A stretch of 63,789 nucleotides of DNA, counting the filler, from Trichosphaerium sp. ATCC 40318 (Eukaryota; Protista; Tubulinea), in assembly GCA_038496445.1 (NCBI GenBank). It is 4 parts of 4 records of this genome, joined end to end, with 100 filler letters (N's around TTAATTAATTAA, not from the genome) between each part and the next. Parts side by side here need not be neighbours in the genome. Positions count along the whole stretch, not along the records: positions 61,168 to 63,789 come from JALMLS010000224.1; 3 more parts are not named here. One strand, given 5' to 3'. The position numbers and the translations under genes were made by a program. Positions 63,520 through 63,789 of this stretch are shown here, piece by piece. The stretch's first letter is position 1. Each line of letters starts with the position of its first letter. The notes beneath the pieces were generated by a model. The model was not told where the DNA came from, searched no databases, and saw nothing but the letters and a program-made list of their open reading frames with translations.

Positions 63520-63789
63520 CTTTTTAGCGAGTTTTCTGTGAGTTCTCACTTAAAAAAGTCCACGCATTTCTCACCATGATCAAAAAAAACCACCATAAAT
63601 ACACAAAATGTCAGTTTGGATTTATTATGCTATATTTCGCGCTTTTTAGATTAATCCACTCTGCTCCTGCATTACTGTAGATAATTTTCCAGAAGCATTG
63701 GTGATTGTCGTGGTAGCACAGTGCATTGTATGCTTCCACAGTTGCCTCCAATGATATGCCACGTAACTCTAAATTAATTCTTTTCCCAA

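Overview
Eukaryotic genomic DNA from an AT-rich microbial eukaryote with many short (~40-80 nt) spliceosomal introns; the gene content is compatible with an amoeboid protist, but this cannot be fixed from the window. Four contigs (1-17136, 17237-46211, 46312-61067, 61168-63789) are joined by artificial 100-nt N/TTAATTAATTAA linkers. Contig 1 opens with a 6.9-kb near-perfect inverted duplication (1-6910 / 7808-14714), probably an amplification or long-read fold-back, whose junction lies in an intron of an RSM22/METTL17 gene. Each arm carries a ~3.06-kb DNA transposon with 25-26-bp TIRs, a Sola2-like DDD transposase interrupted by one in-frame TGA, a 3 x ~180-bp subterminal array and a non-Sola 2-3-bp target duplication, followed by a RING protein gene. 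Two tandem Skp1/BTB-like paralogues follow. Contig 2 is gene-dense: an atypical tRNA, a mucin-like GPI protein, an SDR and its pseudogene, F-box/MORN-variant and F-box/LRR genes, a Ras-like GTPase lacking switch I, a GH6 cellulase, a K+ channel, MsrB, a bacterial-type ATP-dependent DNA ligase fused to a PBZ finger, GST, an LRR-IPT-EGF receptor, SVIP and Amt. Contig 3 has a PARP-like ART, a foldback element, an IRG-like fragment, a saposin-like protein, an ankyrin pseudogene, two 5'-truncated retroposons with clear TSDs, and MDH. Contig 4 is another contig-end fold-back. The strongest leads are the atypical Sola-like transposon, the ligase-PBZ fusion and the CpG-depletion signature on TEs. Exon boundaries were read by eye and the assembly contains homopolymer indels.
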